Shown here piece by piece: positions 8,236-17,429 of a stretch of DNA of 64,000 bases (position 1 is the stretch's first letter; each line of letters begins with the position of its first letter). Below the pieces are notes generated by a model. It made no database searches and was not told where the DNA came from. It saw only the letters and a list, made by a program, of their open reading frames with translations. The translations under genes were made by a program, and so were the position numbers. Source of the stretch: Pseudomonadota bacterium (GTDB taxonomy: Bacteria; Bdellovibrionota_C; UBA2361; OMII01). Location of the stretch: the NCBI GenBank assembly GCA_027485595.1, contig JAIXQT010000185.1, positions 727 to 64,726 of the forward strand, written 5' to 3'.

Positions 8236-10755
8236 ATGGAAAATCAACCATCTGTAAGCCCAATCGCCATTGAATCAGAGATGCGTCAGTCGTACCTCGA
8301 CTACGCCATGTCCGTTATCGTCGGTCGCGCCCTCCCGGACGTCCGAGACGGCCTTAAACCCGTACAGCGCCGCGTTCTCTACGCGATGCTCAACGAGGGT
8401 CTCGTCTCGAACCGTAAGCACTCCAAGTGCGCGGGTGTCGTGGGCGAGGTGCTCAAGCGCTACCATCCACACGGTGACATGCCGGTATATGAGGCGCTCG
8501 TTCGTTTGGCCCAGCCGTGGAACCTTCGCTACCCCCTGATCGACGGACAGGGCAACTTCGGATCGGTCGACGGTGACCCACCAGCGGCATACCGATATAC
8601 CGAGTGTCGTATGACCTCGCTCGCTGAGCGACTTCTTGAGGATATCGAGAAAGAGACGGTTGATTTCTCGCCAAACTTCGATGACTCAACGCAGGAGCCA
8701 CAAGTTCTTCCATCCGTTATTCCGAATCTCCTCGTAAACGGCGCGAACGGAATCGCGGTAGGCATGGCTACCCACATTCCCCCACACAACCTCACTGAGG
8801 TTATCGATGGCGCGCTCGCGGTACTTAATAATCCGAACGTATCGCTTCAAGAGCTTCTTCAACTCATCCCAGGCCCAGATTTTCCAACCGGTGGAACGAT
8901 CTACGGACGTGGGGCGATCATCAGCGCCTACTCAAACGGTCGCGGAATCATTCAGGTTCGAGCGAAGGCATCTTTTGAGAAGCTCAAGACGAAGAGCCGC
9001 GAGGCGGACATCATCGTCATCACCGAGATTCCGTACCAGCTCAACAAGTCCCGACTCCTTGAGAAGATCGCGGAGCTCGTGAATGAGAAGCAGATTGAAG
9101 GAATCTCAAAACTTCGAGACGAGAGCGATCGCCAGGGCATGCGCATTGTTGTTGAGTTGAAGCGTGACGCAACCCCTGAGGTTGTGCTCAATCAGCTCTA
9201 CAAGCTCACACCGATGCAATCGAGCTTCGGTATCGTGAACCTCGCGATCGTTGATGGAAAGCCGGTCATCTGTTCACTCCACGACCTCTTGACCCACTTC
9301 CTCAACCACCGACGAGATGTTGTGACTCGTCGCACTGAGTTCGACCTCAAGAAGGCTAAAGAGCGTATGCACCTCTTAGAGGGTTTCCGCATCGCGCTTC
9401 TCAACCTCGACGATGTCATCAAGCTCATTCGTGGCGCGAGCACTCCGAAGGACGCGCGCGACGAACTTATCTCGCGCTACACCCTCTCAACGATCCAAGC
9501 GCAAGCGATCCTCGACCTCCGCCTCCAAAAGCTTACGGGCATGGAGCGGTTGGCGATTGAGCAAGAGTACGACGAACTCGCTAAGTTAATCCAAGAGCTC
9601 TTGGATATCCTCGGCGACGCTAAGCGTATCGACTCGATCATCGGCTCTGAGCTTCTCGCTGTGAAGGAGAAGTACGGCGACGCTCGTCGTACTGAGATCA
9701 TTGACGATGGCGGTGAGATCGACATGCACGATCTTATCGAGGACGAGCAGATGGTCGTGACCGTATCGCACAAAGGGTACGTCAAGCGAACATCGGTGTC
9801 CGAGTACCGTGAGCAACGAAGAGGCGGCAAGGGAATCATCGGCGCGTCATCGGATGACGATGATTTCGTTCAGCACCTCTTTGTTACCTCAACCCTCTCC
9901 GACCTCCTTGTGTTCACCAGCTTGGGACGGATGTACTGGCTCAAGGTCTACAACATCCCAGAGTCAGGCCGTACCTCGAAGGGCCGCGCGCTCGTTAACC
10001 TCCTTGAGCTCAAAGAGGACGAGAAACTCTGTACCATCTTGCCGATTCGTGAATGGAGCGAGAACAGCTTCATCGCCCTTGCGACCAAGCAGGGAATCAT
10101 TAAGAAGACATCACTTGATGAGTTCTCTCGCTCCCGTCGTAGCGGTATCGTCGCGTGCACCCTTGAGGAAGGCGACACACTCATCGGCGCAGCTATCACG
10201 AGCGGCAAGGATGACATCCTCCTCGCTACCCGTGAGGGCATGTCGATCCGATTCAACGAAGACCAAGTTCGAGCGATGGGCCGTTCAGCTCGAGGCGTAA
10301 CGGGAATTCGTTGCGAAGGCGAGGACTCCGTCGTGAGCATGACCGTTATCCAAGACGGCAGCGCTCCGGTAGCTGAGGGACAGGAGGAGCTCACTCTTCT
10401 CACCGTCTGCGAAAACGGCTTCGGTAAACGAACGGTCGTATCTGAATACCGTTCACAAAACCGTGGCGGCAAGGGACTCATCGACATTCAAACCGAGGGC
10501 CGCAACGGTCCAGTGGTTGAGGCGATGGCGGTAAACAACACCACCGGCATCATGCTCATCACCTCAGGCGGGAAGATCATCCGCACCAGCGCGAAGGACG
10601 TTTCCGTCATCGGACGTAACACCCGCGGCGTAAAGATGATCGACCTCGACACCGAGGAGAAGGTCGTCGCGGTCGCCCAGGCGAGCGGCGAGACGAACGG
10701 ATCTGAGGACGCCCCGGCTGAGGAGACACCTCCAACTGAAGGCTCCGCAAGCTAG
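8236..10755 (+). CDS. gyrA: DNA gyrase subunit A
   Basis: 839 aa. SYLDYAMSVIVGRALPDVRDGLKPVQRR, the catalytic-Tyr block AAYRYTECRM and C-terminal beta-pinwheel repeats. Confidence 0.97.
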   Translation: MENQPSVSPIAIESEMRQSYLDYAMSVIVGRALPDVRDGLKPVQRRVLYAMLNEGLVSNRKHSKCAGVVGEVLKRYHPHGDMPVYEALVRLAQPWNLRYPLIDGQGNFGSVDGDPPAAYRYTECRMTSLAERLLEDIEKETVDFSPNFDDSTQEPQVLPSVIPNLLVNGANGIAVGMATHIPPHNLTEVIDGALAVLNNPNVSLQELLQLIPGPDFPTGGTIYGRGAIISAYSNGRGIIQVRAKASFEKLKTKSREADIIVITEIPYQLNKSRLLEKIAELVNEKQIEGISKLRDESDRQGMRIVVELKRDATPEVVLNQLYKLTPMQSSFGIVNLAIVDGKPVICSLHDLLTHFLNHRRDVVTRRTEFDLKKAKERMHLLEGFRIALLNLDDVIKLIRGASTPKDARDELISRYTLSTIQAQAILDLRLQKLTGMERLAIEQEYDELAKLIQELLDILGDAKRIDSIIGSELLAVKEKYGDARRTEIIDDGGEIDMHDLIEDEQMVVTVSHKGYVKRTSVSEYREQRRGGKGIIGASSDDDDFVQHLFVTSTLSDLLVFTSLGRMYWLKVYNIPESGRTSKGRALVNLLELKEDEKLCTILPIREWSENSFIALATKQGIIKKTSLDEFSRSRRSGIVACTLEEGDTLIGAAITSGKDDILLATREGMSIRFNEDQVRAMGRSARGVTGIRCEGEDSVVSMTVIQDGSAPVAEGQEELTLLTVCENGFGKRTVVSEYRSQNRGGKGLIDIQTEGRNGPVVEAMAVNNTTGIMLITSGGKIIRTSAKDVSVIGRNTRGVKMIDLDTEEKVVAVAQASGETNGSEDAPAEETPPTEGSAS

Positions 10756-10770
10756 TGGATCGACTCCACA

Positions 10771-10819
10771 GCCCCTCCGCCCCCTGAAAAGGACTCGTGG
10801 CGGAGGGGCTTTTTTATTT
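10771..10819 (+). terminator. intrinsic terminator after gyrA
   Basis: 11-bp stem gcccctccgcc / ggcggaggggc followed by ttttttattt. Confidence 0.8.
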
Positions 10820-10899
10820 CCCTTCCTGAGATTGTCCCCGCACGGTGTCGGGGGAGCTTTTACTGGACCGAAATGTCGTATACGCTCAGACGGTCTCGT

Positions 10900-11895
10900 A
10901 TGAACAACCAAACCACCATAAAGATAGCAGTTGTAGGGCTCGGAGCCTGGGGATCCGCGCTCGCTCTTCATTGCGCGAGGCTCGGGCACGTCGTTGTTGG
11001 TTGGAGTCGAGACACTGCTCTCACGCAAGAGGTCACAACATCGCGAAAACTCCTCGTCGCCGGACATTCGGTCCACATTCCCGATAGTTTTAAAGCAACG
11101 TCCAATCTCGAGGACCTGCGCGGCGCGGAGTTCACCATTATGGCGTTGCCGGCTCGCGCGTGGGGAGAGGTACTTCCGAAGCTGACCACGAAGGCCCTCG
11201 TGAGCGCCACAAAGGGGTTAGAGAAAGAAACAGCTCTTACCCCTCTCTCCTTCGCTCACGAACGATGCGGTTATAACAGAGAATCTCTCGCGGTCATCTC
11301 TGGCCCAAGCTTCGCTTCCGATCTTGTCGCCGGGCGTCCGATCTCAATCGTCGCGGGATCCACCTCACAGACGCTCGCTTCGCTCATCGCGAACTCATTG
11401 TCATCGCCAGCTCTTCGCGTCTATACCTCCAACGACCCGCTGGGAGTCGAACTTGGTGGAATCTTAAAGAACATCATCGCTATCGTGGCGGGAGTATCTG
11501 ATTCGCTCGGTTATGGTCCATCGGCTCGAGCCGCGGTTATCTCTCGTGGCCTCCGCGAGATGACAACCCTCGCGGTGGCTCTTGGGGCGGAAGAGAGAAC
11601 ACTAACCGGGCTCTCAGGGTTGGGAGATCTGATCATGACTGCAACGGAGGACCAGAGTCGAAACCGCACCGTTGGTTTGCGGCTCGGCAAAGGGGAAAAG
11701 CTCTCTGATGTTATCGCTTCCCTCGGCGCAACCGCGGAGGGGGTCTCAAGCGCGCCCCTCGTTCTATCCTTGGCACGCAAGCACAGTATCGACGCGCCCA
11801 TTACCGAGCATGTGGTTCGGCTCATGAACGGCGATCTTCGCGCCACCGAGATGGCGCACGCGTTGATGACGCGGCCGTTGAAGAGTGAGTTTTAG
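10900..11895 (+). CDS. gpsA: NAD(P)H-dependent glycerol-3-phosphate dehydrogenase
   Basis: IAVVGLGAWGSALA dinucleotide fold and the GLKNIIAIxAG-type block (GILKNIIAIVAGVSD). Start taken at the ATG at 10900. Confidence 0.9.
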   Translation: MNNQTTIKIAVVGLGAWGSALALHCARLGHVVVGWSRDTALTQEVTTSRKLLVAGHSVHIPDSFKATSNLEDLRGAEFTIMALPARAWGEVLPKLTTKALVSATKGLEKETALTPLSFAHERCGYNRESLAVISGPSFASDLVAGRPISIVAGSTSQTLASLIANSLSSPALRVYTSNDPLGVELGGILKNIIAIVAGVSDSLGYGPSARAAVISRGLREMTTLAVALGAEERTLTGLSGLGDLIMTATEDQSRNRTVGLRLGKGEKLSDVIASLGATAEGVSSAPLVLSLARKHSIDAPITEHVVRLMNGDLRATEMAHALMTRPLKSEF

Positions 11896-11916
11896 ATTGT
11901 TTTTAAACCGGTATAT

Positions 11917-12010
11917 GGGAGGGCGACCATTCCTGGTCGCCGCGTATCGCACCTGAACGAATTTCATATACTGCCCGGGCGTTTCGGCGACCAGGAATCG
12001 TCGCCCTCCC
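11917..12010. repeat. 25-bp inverted repeat (24/25 match) between the convergent genes gpsA and ctaB. Each arm is itself a GGCGACC-N6-GGTCGCC hairpin. Probably a bidirectional terminator or REP element.
   Basis: gggagggcgaccattcctggtcgcc (11917..11941) versus ggcgaccaggaatcgtcgccctccc (11986..12010). Confidence 0.6.
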
Positions 12011-12020
12011 GGGGTGCAAA

Positions 12021-12941
12021 TTAAAACGACCGATCCCCAAGTATCAACGCGAAGAACAACGGCAAATAAATCACCGACGCTCGCAAGAGCTTCTTAGCGT
12101 CCTGAACAGAGTGTGAACGATAGAGGTTCACGCCGATAGAGAGCATGCCCATTCCGAGGATAAAGATTCCCCAACCGTAAAACTGTCCGGCCATGCCATA
12201 GAAAACTGGAAGAAGGGACACGGGAATAAGCACCACCGAGAATGCGATCACCTGTCTAAAGGTACTGAGTCCATCCGGCTCAACAACGGGCAACATCTTG
12301 AAGCCACCACGTCGGTAATCATCTTTGTACATCCACGCAATCGCGTAGAAGTGAGGGTGCTGCCACACGAAGAGGATCAGGAAGAGGATCCATGCCCCCG
12401 CGTCGAGCTGCCCTGTCGCCGCCGTCCATCCACCCATGGGAGGAAGCGCACCCGGTATAGCTCCTACAACGGTATTCCACCAGGTAACACGCTTGAGAGG
12501 TGTGTACACCAGAACGTAGAGGAACACGGTTAGGAGGGAGAGAAATCCGGTAAGCAGGTTCACTTGCCACGCAAGGAGCCCTACACCCATCAACACCAGG
12601 GTAATACCAAACTCAAGCGCCTCAGCAGGTGTTATGATCCCTTGGGGGAGTGGGCGTGTCTTGGTGCGGTGCATCTTCTGGTCAGCGTCACGCTCGATGT
12701 AGTGATTGAGAACCGCCGCGCCACCAGAACTGAGAGCCGTTCCAAGAAGCATAATAATGAAGGTATCGAGGGGTTGAAGGCTCTTGGCTCCCAGGAAGAA
12801 TCCTGCCGCGCTCATCACGAGGACCATGGTCAAGATACGGGGCTTCGTCAGGCAGACGTATGCCGAGACCTTCTCGTTTTTACTTTGGAACAGACGTGAC
12901 ATAGAAGCACCGATCTTAGGCACAGAGGGGTTCCATGTCAA
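12021..12941 (-). CDS. ctaB: protoheme IX farnesyltransferase (heme O synthase)
   Basis: UbiA-family membrane protein with NHYIERDADQKMHRTKTRPLP. The start may instead be the internal ATG at 12902. Confidence 0.9.
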   Translation of the reverse strand: MTWNPSVPKIGASMSRLFQSKNEKVSAYVCLTKPRILTMVLVMSAAGFFLGAKSLQPLDTFIIMLLGTALSSGGAAVLNHYIERDADQKMHRTKTRPLPQGIITPAEALEFGITLVLMGVGLLAWQVNLLTGFLSLLTVFLYVLVYTPLKRVTWWNTVVGAIPGALPPMGGWTAATGQLDAGAWILFLILFVWQHPHFYAIAWMYKDDYRRGGFKMLPVVEPDGLSTFRQVIAFSVVLIPVSLLPVFYGMAGQFYGWGIFILGMGMLSIGVNLYRSHSVQDAKKLLRASVIYLPLFFALILGDRSF

Positions 12942-12967
12942 CGTGCGGCGGCTAAAAGAGACTCGAG

Positions 12968-13657
12968 CTAAAGAACTGTCCTGACTCGACTATCCTCGGC
13001 GGAGGACCAGTATACCAAGACGGCTTTACCAAGAACGCGCGAGAGCTCCACAAAATGCTCGGGCCAATCCCGAGAATCCTGGGAATTGGTTCGGTTATCC
13101 CCTAAGACAAAGAGCGCCCCAGCCGGCACCCGGACCGGGCCGAAGTGGTACCCCGCCTTGAGGTCGAAATCGAGCCACCGCGCATACGGCTCCTCAAGAG
13201 GCGCTCCGTTGATAAAGACCTGCGTCCCTCTAATCTCAACCTCATCGTTCTCCAGTGCCACCACCCGTTTCACGAAGGTCTCACTCTCGCGCCCCTCTCC
13301 CGTGGAACGTGGCTGCTGAAATACAATAACGTCGCCGCGCTCAGGCTTCGCCCAAGAAACGACAACATCATCAATCAAGGGAATTCGCAGCCCGTACAGA
13401 AATTTCGGAACTAAGATGTAGTCACTCACCCGTAAGGTCGGATTCATCGAGGATGAAGGAACAAAAAAGGCCTCTACTAGGGATGCTTTCGAAAAACCGA
13501 CTAACAGGGCCGTTACAAGCACGAGCCGAACACCAAAGCGAAGTGCCTTGCGGAAAGGTCTCACGAGCGCCGCCCGCAACTCTTGTCGTCGGGCCTCTCG
13601 TCGCACGCGATAGGTGAGGTCAAAAAACGCGTGAGATCCGTGAGCGCTCAGCTTCAT
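12968..13657 (-). CDS. lepB: signal peptidase I (copy 1)
   Basis: Catalytic boxes PSSSMNPTL and GDNRTNSQDSR. Start placed at the ATG at 13657; the ORF track extends to 13726. Confidence 0.85.
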   Translation of the reverse strand: MKLSAHGSHAFFDLTYRVRREARRQELRAALVRPFRKALRFGVRLVLVTALLVGFSKASLVEAFFVPSSSMNPTLRVSDYILVPKFLYGLRIPLIDDVVVSWAKPERGDVIVFQQPRSTGEGRESETFVKRVVALENDEVEIRGTQVFINGAPLEEPYARWLDFDLKAGYHFGPVRVPAGALFVLGDNRTNSQDSRDWPEHFVELSRVLGKAVLVYWSSAEDSRVRTVL

Positions 13658-13919
13658 GAAACATCCTTCCGAGGAGAGCGTCCTCTCACGATGAGGGACG
13701 AACTTCCTCCTTTTATCGTGATGCACAACTGAAATCTAAGCAAACGATTGAGACAAGACATGCCGCTGAGACATCCGGCCCGCCTCGGGACAGAAACGCT
13801 CTCTCAAGAACCGATCCCAACCCTGAACCCCAGCACCACAACAGATATCGGTGATGATCCTCCTGGCTTTTCACCCCGGAGAGACGGATACGTCGGTACG
13901 AGTAAGCAACTGATGCCAG

Positions 13920-14393
13920 CTATTCAAGCCTAGAGAGCTCATCCTGGATTCGTCGCTCCTCCTCTGAGGTGAGGACAGACGCGCTCACGCCGGGCCGATC
14001 GGTGTTAATCTTTTTGCGGCGAATCGAGAGGTACACCGCAACGACCAAACCGATTGCGACGAACCCAAGAGGGACGATCCACACAAACATCCCCACGCCC
14101 GAAAACTTTGGAACGGCGCGGTATTGCTCTCCGAACTTTTGGATTACCTCATTGAGAACCACTTCCGAGGATTTTCCAGCCTCAAGTTCCGCGCGCATCT
14201 GATCCTTCAGCTCCGCGGCCTTCGAACTTGGACAATCGTTCAACGAACGGCCCGGGCAGAATGGACTGAACACCTGCTGATAGAGATGCGTTGCCTCTCG
14301 ATCAAGAGCCTCAGTTCGCTCATCAGCGATGGCATTTCCAACGAAGAACGAGAGACAGAGAGCTAGAATGACATTACTTATGCTACTGCGCAT
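13920..14393 (-). CDS. ccmH: CcmH/CycL-like cytochrome c maturation protein
   Basis: Signal peptide, then FCPGRSLNDCPSSKAAELKDQMRAELEAGKSSEVVLNEVIQKFGEQY and a single C-terminal TM helix, which is the CcmH layout. The Cys pair is spaced CX7C rather than CXXC. Confidence 0.65.
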   Translation of the reverse strand: MRSSISNVILALCLSFFVGNAIADERTEALDREATHLYQQVFSPFCPGRSLNDCPSSKAAELKDQMRAELEAGKSSEVVLNEVIQKFGEQYRAVPKFSGVGMFVWIVPLGFVAIGLVVAVYLSIRRKKINTDRPGVSASVLTSEEERRIQDELSRLE

Positions 14394-15070
14394 GGTGCAC
14401 CAAACTCTGCTCGATAGGTTTCAATACGCGCCTTAAGCTCATCATCAATTCGAAAACCAGATGAGTTAGCGCCAGAGAGATACGAGATAATATCATGAAT
14501 TGAGACGAGAGGGTGAATCTTGATCGAGTGCTTCGCTTCAGCCTCCTCAACAGCAGAGCACGTTCCCGACCCCTTCTCCGCTCGGTCAACGAGGATGATA
14601 ACACCAGCGACCTCAACACCAACCTTCTCTCGCAGTACGGGAACTACCTCATTTAAGGTAGAGCCCGCGGTAACCACGTCCTCAACGAGAACAACACGCA
14701 TGCCCTTGGTGAGAGCCTTGCCGACGTACTCACCACCATCGCCGTGAGTTTTCGCCTCTTTTCGATTGAAGCAAAAACCGATGTTTTTCTTAAAGTTCTG
14801 CTGCAAGCTCATCGCCGTTGAGACGCAGAGAGGGATCCCCTTGTAGGCTGGGCCAAAGATGACGTCGACGTTATCGAGCCCGAGCTCCACGATCTTCTGC
14901 GCGTAGAATGAGGAGAGTTTCGTAATCTTCTCACCATCATCAAAGCCACCCGCGTTAATAAAATAGGGGGCCTTTCGACCGGATTTGAGGGTGAATTCAC
15001 CGAACTTGAGCACCTTGCTCTGGATCAAGAAATCTACGACAGCTCCCCGATCAAGGTGTGTGGTTATCAT
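14378..15070 (-). CDS. pyrE: orotate phosphoribosyltransferase
   Basis: FGEFTLKSGRKAPYFINAG and PRPP loop VVLVEDVVTAGST. Confidence 0.9.
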   Translation of the reverse strand: MITTHLDRGAVVDFLIQSKVLKFGEFTLKSGRKAPYFINAGGFDDGEKITKLSSFYAQKIVELGLDNVDVIFGPAYKGIPLCVSTAMSLQQNFKKNIGFCFNRKEAKTHGDGGEYVGKALTKGMRVVLVEDVVTAGSTLNEVVPVLREKVGVEVAGVIILVDRAEKGSGTCSAVEEAEAKHSIKIHPLVSIHDIISYLSGANSSGFRIDDELKARIETYRAEFGAPCAVA

Positions 15071-15939
15071 ACACTTTTCTCCTCTGATGAAAGAATTGCC
15101 CCTACCCTACCCTCACATTGAACCTGCTCATGTGGAGCGTATGCGCCGTTTTTGAGGAGCGCGAACGCGCACAGTTTATTATTCGCGGCATCGGCGATAG
15201 TTGAAACGATCTTACCGATCGGCTTCGACTCCTTGCCGATCACGCTCGCTTGAGCGGAAAGCTCTTCATGACCCTCAAATACAACGCGCTCAAGGTGCCG
15301 AGGCAATTTGCCCAGGGCGTCGCTTCGCTCAATCACCTCTTGTCCGACGTAACATCCCTTTTGGAAAGATACCGCCTCGCGTAATCCTCCCTCAGTCAGG
15401 ATCATGGAATCGTTAATCTCTGTGGGATACTGAGCGAATCCGTCCGCAAAGCGTTTAAGGTCGTACTCCTTGGTGGAGAGCGGCGGCCCCAAACGCTCAA
15501 TCAACGTAGATCGCACATCGCTCGTTTTATCGGAGACGATCAGAAAGTCCTCCCCATCCTTACCCACTCGACGGCGAGCATGAGCAAGACAGAGAACGTC
15601 TCCGCCAAACTCTGGGCATGATTGACCCACTACATGTCCTACCAGCGCCTCGGACGAACAATCGACGATCGACACCCGGTCAGCCACGATGAAACGACCG
15701 AGCGCCGCGAACAGCGGCTGTCGCTCGCCGCCGTCACTCGCGAGATAAAAGGTGTCGTCGCTCTGGGCGTAGACAGTATAGAGACCCTCAACTCGTCCCT
15801 GAGGGCTCAACGCACCAGCGACCAAAGACCCACCAGCGGAGATCGTTCGGAGATCTTGTGAGAGGCGATTGTTGAGGTATCGACGGGCATCCTTGCCCGT
15901 TACCTTAAAAACTACCGGTGAAGGTTGTAGGTACCACAT
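15067..15939 (-). CDS. ygfZ: folate-binding YgfZ / GcvT-like protein
   Basis: FKVTGKDARRYLNNRLSQD and KGCYVGQEVIER blocks are typical of YgfZ-type aminomethyltransferase-fold proteins. Start placed at the ATG at 15939. Confidence 0.7.
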   Translation of the reverse strand: MWYLQPSPVVFKVTGKDARRYLNNRLSQDLRTISAGGSLVAGALSPQGRVEGLYTVYAQSDDTFYLASDGGERQPLFAALGRFIVADRVSIVDCSSEALVGHVVGQSCPEFGGDVLCLAHARRRVGKDGEDFLIVSDKTSDVRSTLIERLGPPLSTKEYDLKRFADGFAQYPTEINDSMILTEGGLREAVSFQKGCYVGQEVIERSDALGKLPRHLERVVFEGHEELSAQASVIGKESKPIGKIVSTIADAANNKLCAFALLKNGAYAPHEQVQCEGRVGAILSSEEKSV

Positions 15940-15944
15940 CACAC

Positions 15945-16568
15945 TTACCGAATGAGATTTCCTATACGCGAGAGGCTGTCCCACGACCAGAACACGATGA
16001 CAGCTTTGCCTTTAATGCGGTCATCGTCCAAGAACGGCACCGTCCAGAATCGCGAGTCCTTCGATTCATCCCGGTTATCGCCAAGGAGAAGAACATGGTC
16101 GGCGGGAACGGTCTGAGGGCCAAAATCACCCTCCGGGCTACCCCCATGAACCCAACGGGTATAGGGCTCTTTGAGGGGTTCTCCATTGACGAACACCTGG
16201 GCCCCTCGAACCTCAACAGTCTCTCCGGGGAGTCCGATAACTCGCTTGATTATGTGAATGGCCGAGTCATCCTCAGTTGGCGTTGCTGGATCGTCAGGAC
16301 GGGTGAATACCACGACATCTCCTCGCTTCGGAACGCTCCAGCGAATAACGGGCGCATCCACAAACGGCACCCGGAGTCCGTACCAAAATTTCAACACGAG
16401 GATATAGTCACCGATCTGCAAGGTCGGCTTCATGGAGCCTGAAGGGATCTTAAAAGGCTCAACTATCTGAACGCGAATAAGAAAGGCGAGACCAAGGATA
16501 ACAACAAGGGTCTTTACGAAAGCGACGAGCTCCGCCCAAAATCCGGCCGCCTGTTGTTGTTCCGACAT
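15945..16568 (-). CDS. lepB: signal peptidase I (copy 2)
   Basis: PSGSMKPTL and GDNRDESKDSR. Start placed at the ATG at 16568 (MSEQQQAAGFW..). Confidence 0.85.
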   Translation of the reverse strand: MSEQQQAAGFWAELVAFVKTLVVILGLAFLIRVQIVEPFKIPSGSMKPTLQIGDYILVLKFWYGLRVPFVDAPVIRWSVPKRGDVVVFTRPDDPATPTEDDSAIHIIKRVIGLPGETVEVRGAQVFVNGEPLKEPYTRWVHGGSPEGDFGPQTVPADHVLLLGDNRDESKDSRFWTVPFLDDDRIKGKAVIVFWSWDSLSRIGNLIR

Positions 16569-16730
16569 ACTGAACCCTTTCGCCCCTACACGGGACCTCT
16601 CACAAACGGGAGAAGGATAGCCGTCCGGGCGGTATAGGGTCAATCTTAGAGCAGCATCCAAGGGCATGAAAAAAGGCCCCGCCACGCTGAGTAGCTGGGG
16701 CCTTCGTAGTTGTGCTGGTGAGCTTATCCC

Positions 16731-17054
16731 TTAAGCGCTAAATTCCTGCCGCTTACCGAACACCACCGTGCTGCAATCAACTTCGATCTTAGGGTCCTTG
16801 CTCGTGACCGTCGAAACAAAGATGCCTGGCTCAAATGCTCGCTCTTTCAAGAGCTCAATCTTCTCGATCTCTGGGATGGACATGTTCGCCTTGATTGAGA
16901 AGTTAATCTCAACCACTACGTTGCCTGGAGAATCATCAAGGATCTTTGTGATCATGCCGTACAGTGGATAGGTGTTTCCTATCTCAACATCGCCGAACTT
17001 AACTTCGCAACCGAACTTCTCAAACAGATTTGGATTCTTGTCTTGATTTTCCAT
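16731..17054 (-). CDS. hypothetical protein
   Basis: 107-aa ATG ORF, A/T-richer than its neighbours. No motif recognised. Confidence 0.5.
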   Translation of the reverse strand: MENQDKNPNLFEKFGCEVKFGDVEIGNTYPLYGMITKILDDSPGNVVVEINFSIKANMSIPEIEKIELLKERAFEPGIFVSTVTSKDPKIEVDCSTVVFGKRQEFSA

Positions 17055-17429
17055 TTTACAACCTCACAAAGAAGCACAACGTGTACCCCCATATCAGCCA
17101 TGGGGGAAATGGTGCTTCAGGGAAATACGAGCAGGTCGAAAATAACCTCAAAAACCTTGTCACATCACGTCACTAGGGGCTTCCAATCCTTTCACCACGC
17201 CATCCGCAAAACACGTATAATCCTGCGCATACATCGTAGTTTTGGGCAAAAACGAGACATCACATCCCATCTCGTGCGGCTTTCACAAAGTTTTCATCCC
17301 TCAATCTCTCGTAGCCACGCTATGGCCCCCAATTTTTGATGCCGATGGCGGCTACATACACGAGATAGAGAGCGTCGCAGTTCCGACCGTAATGTCACTA
17401 CGACGTACACAACCTTACTGAGACGGGCG

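Noticed and set aside
12968-16568. Two signal peptidase I genes flanking ccmH-pyrE-ygfZ as a possible special system
   Set aside because: Duplicate lepB genes are common. Both copies retain the catalytic Ser/Lys boxes, and the intervening genes are unrelated housekeeping functions.
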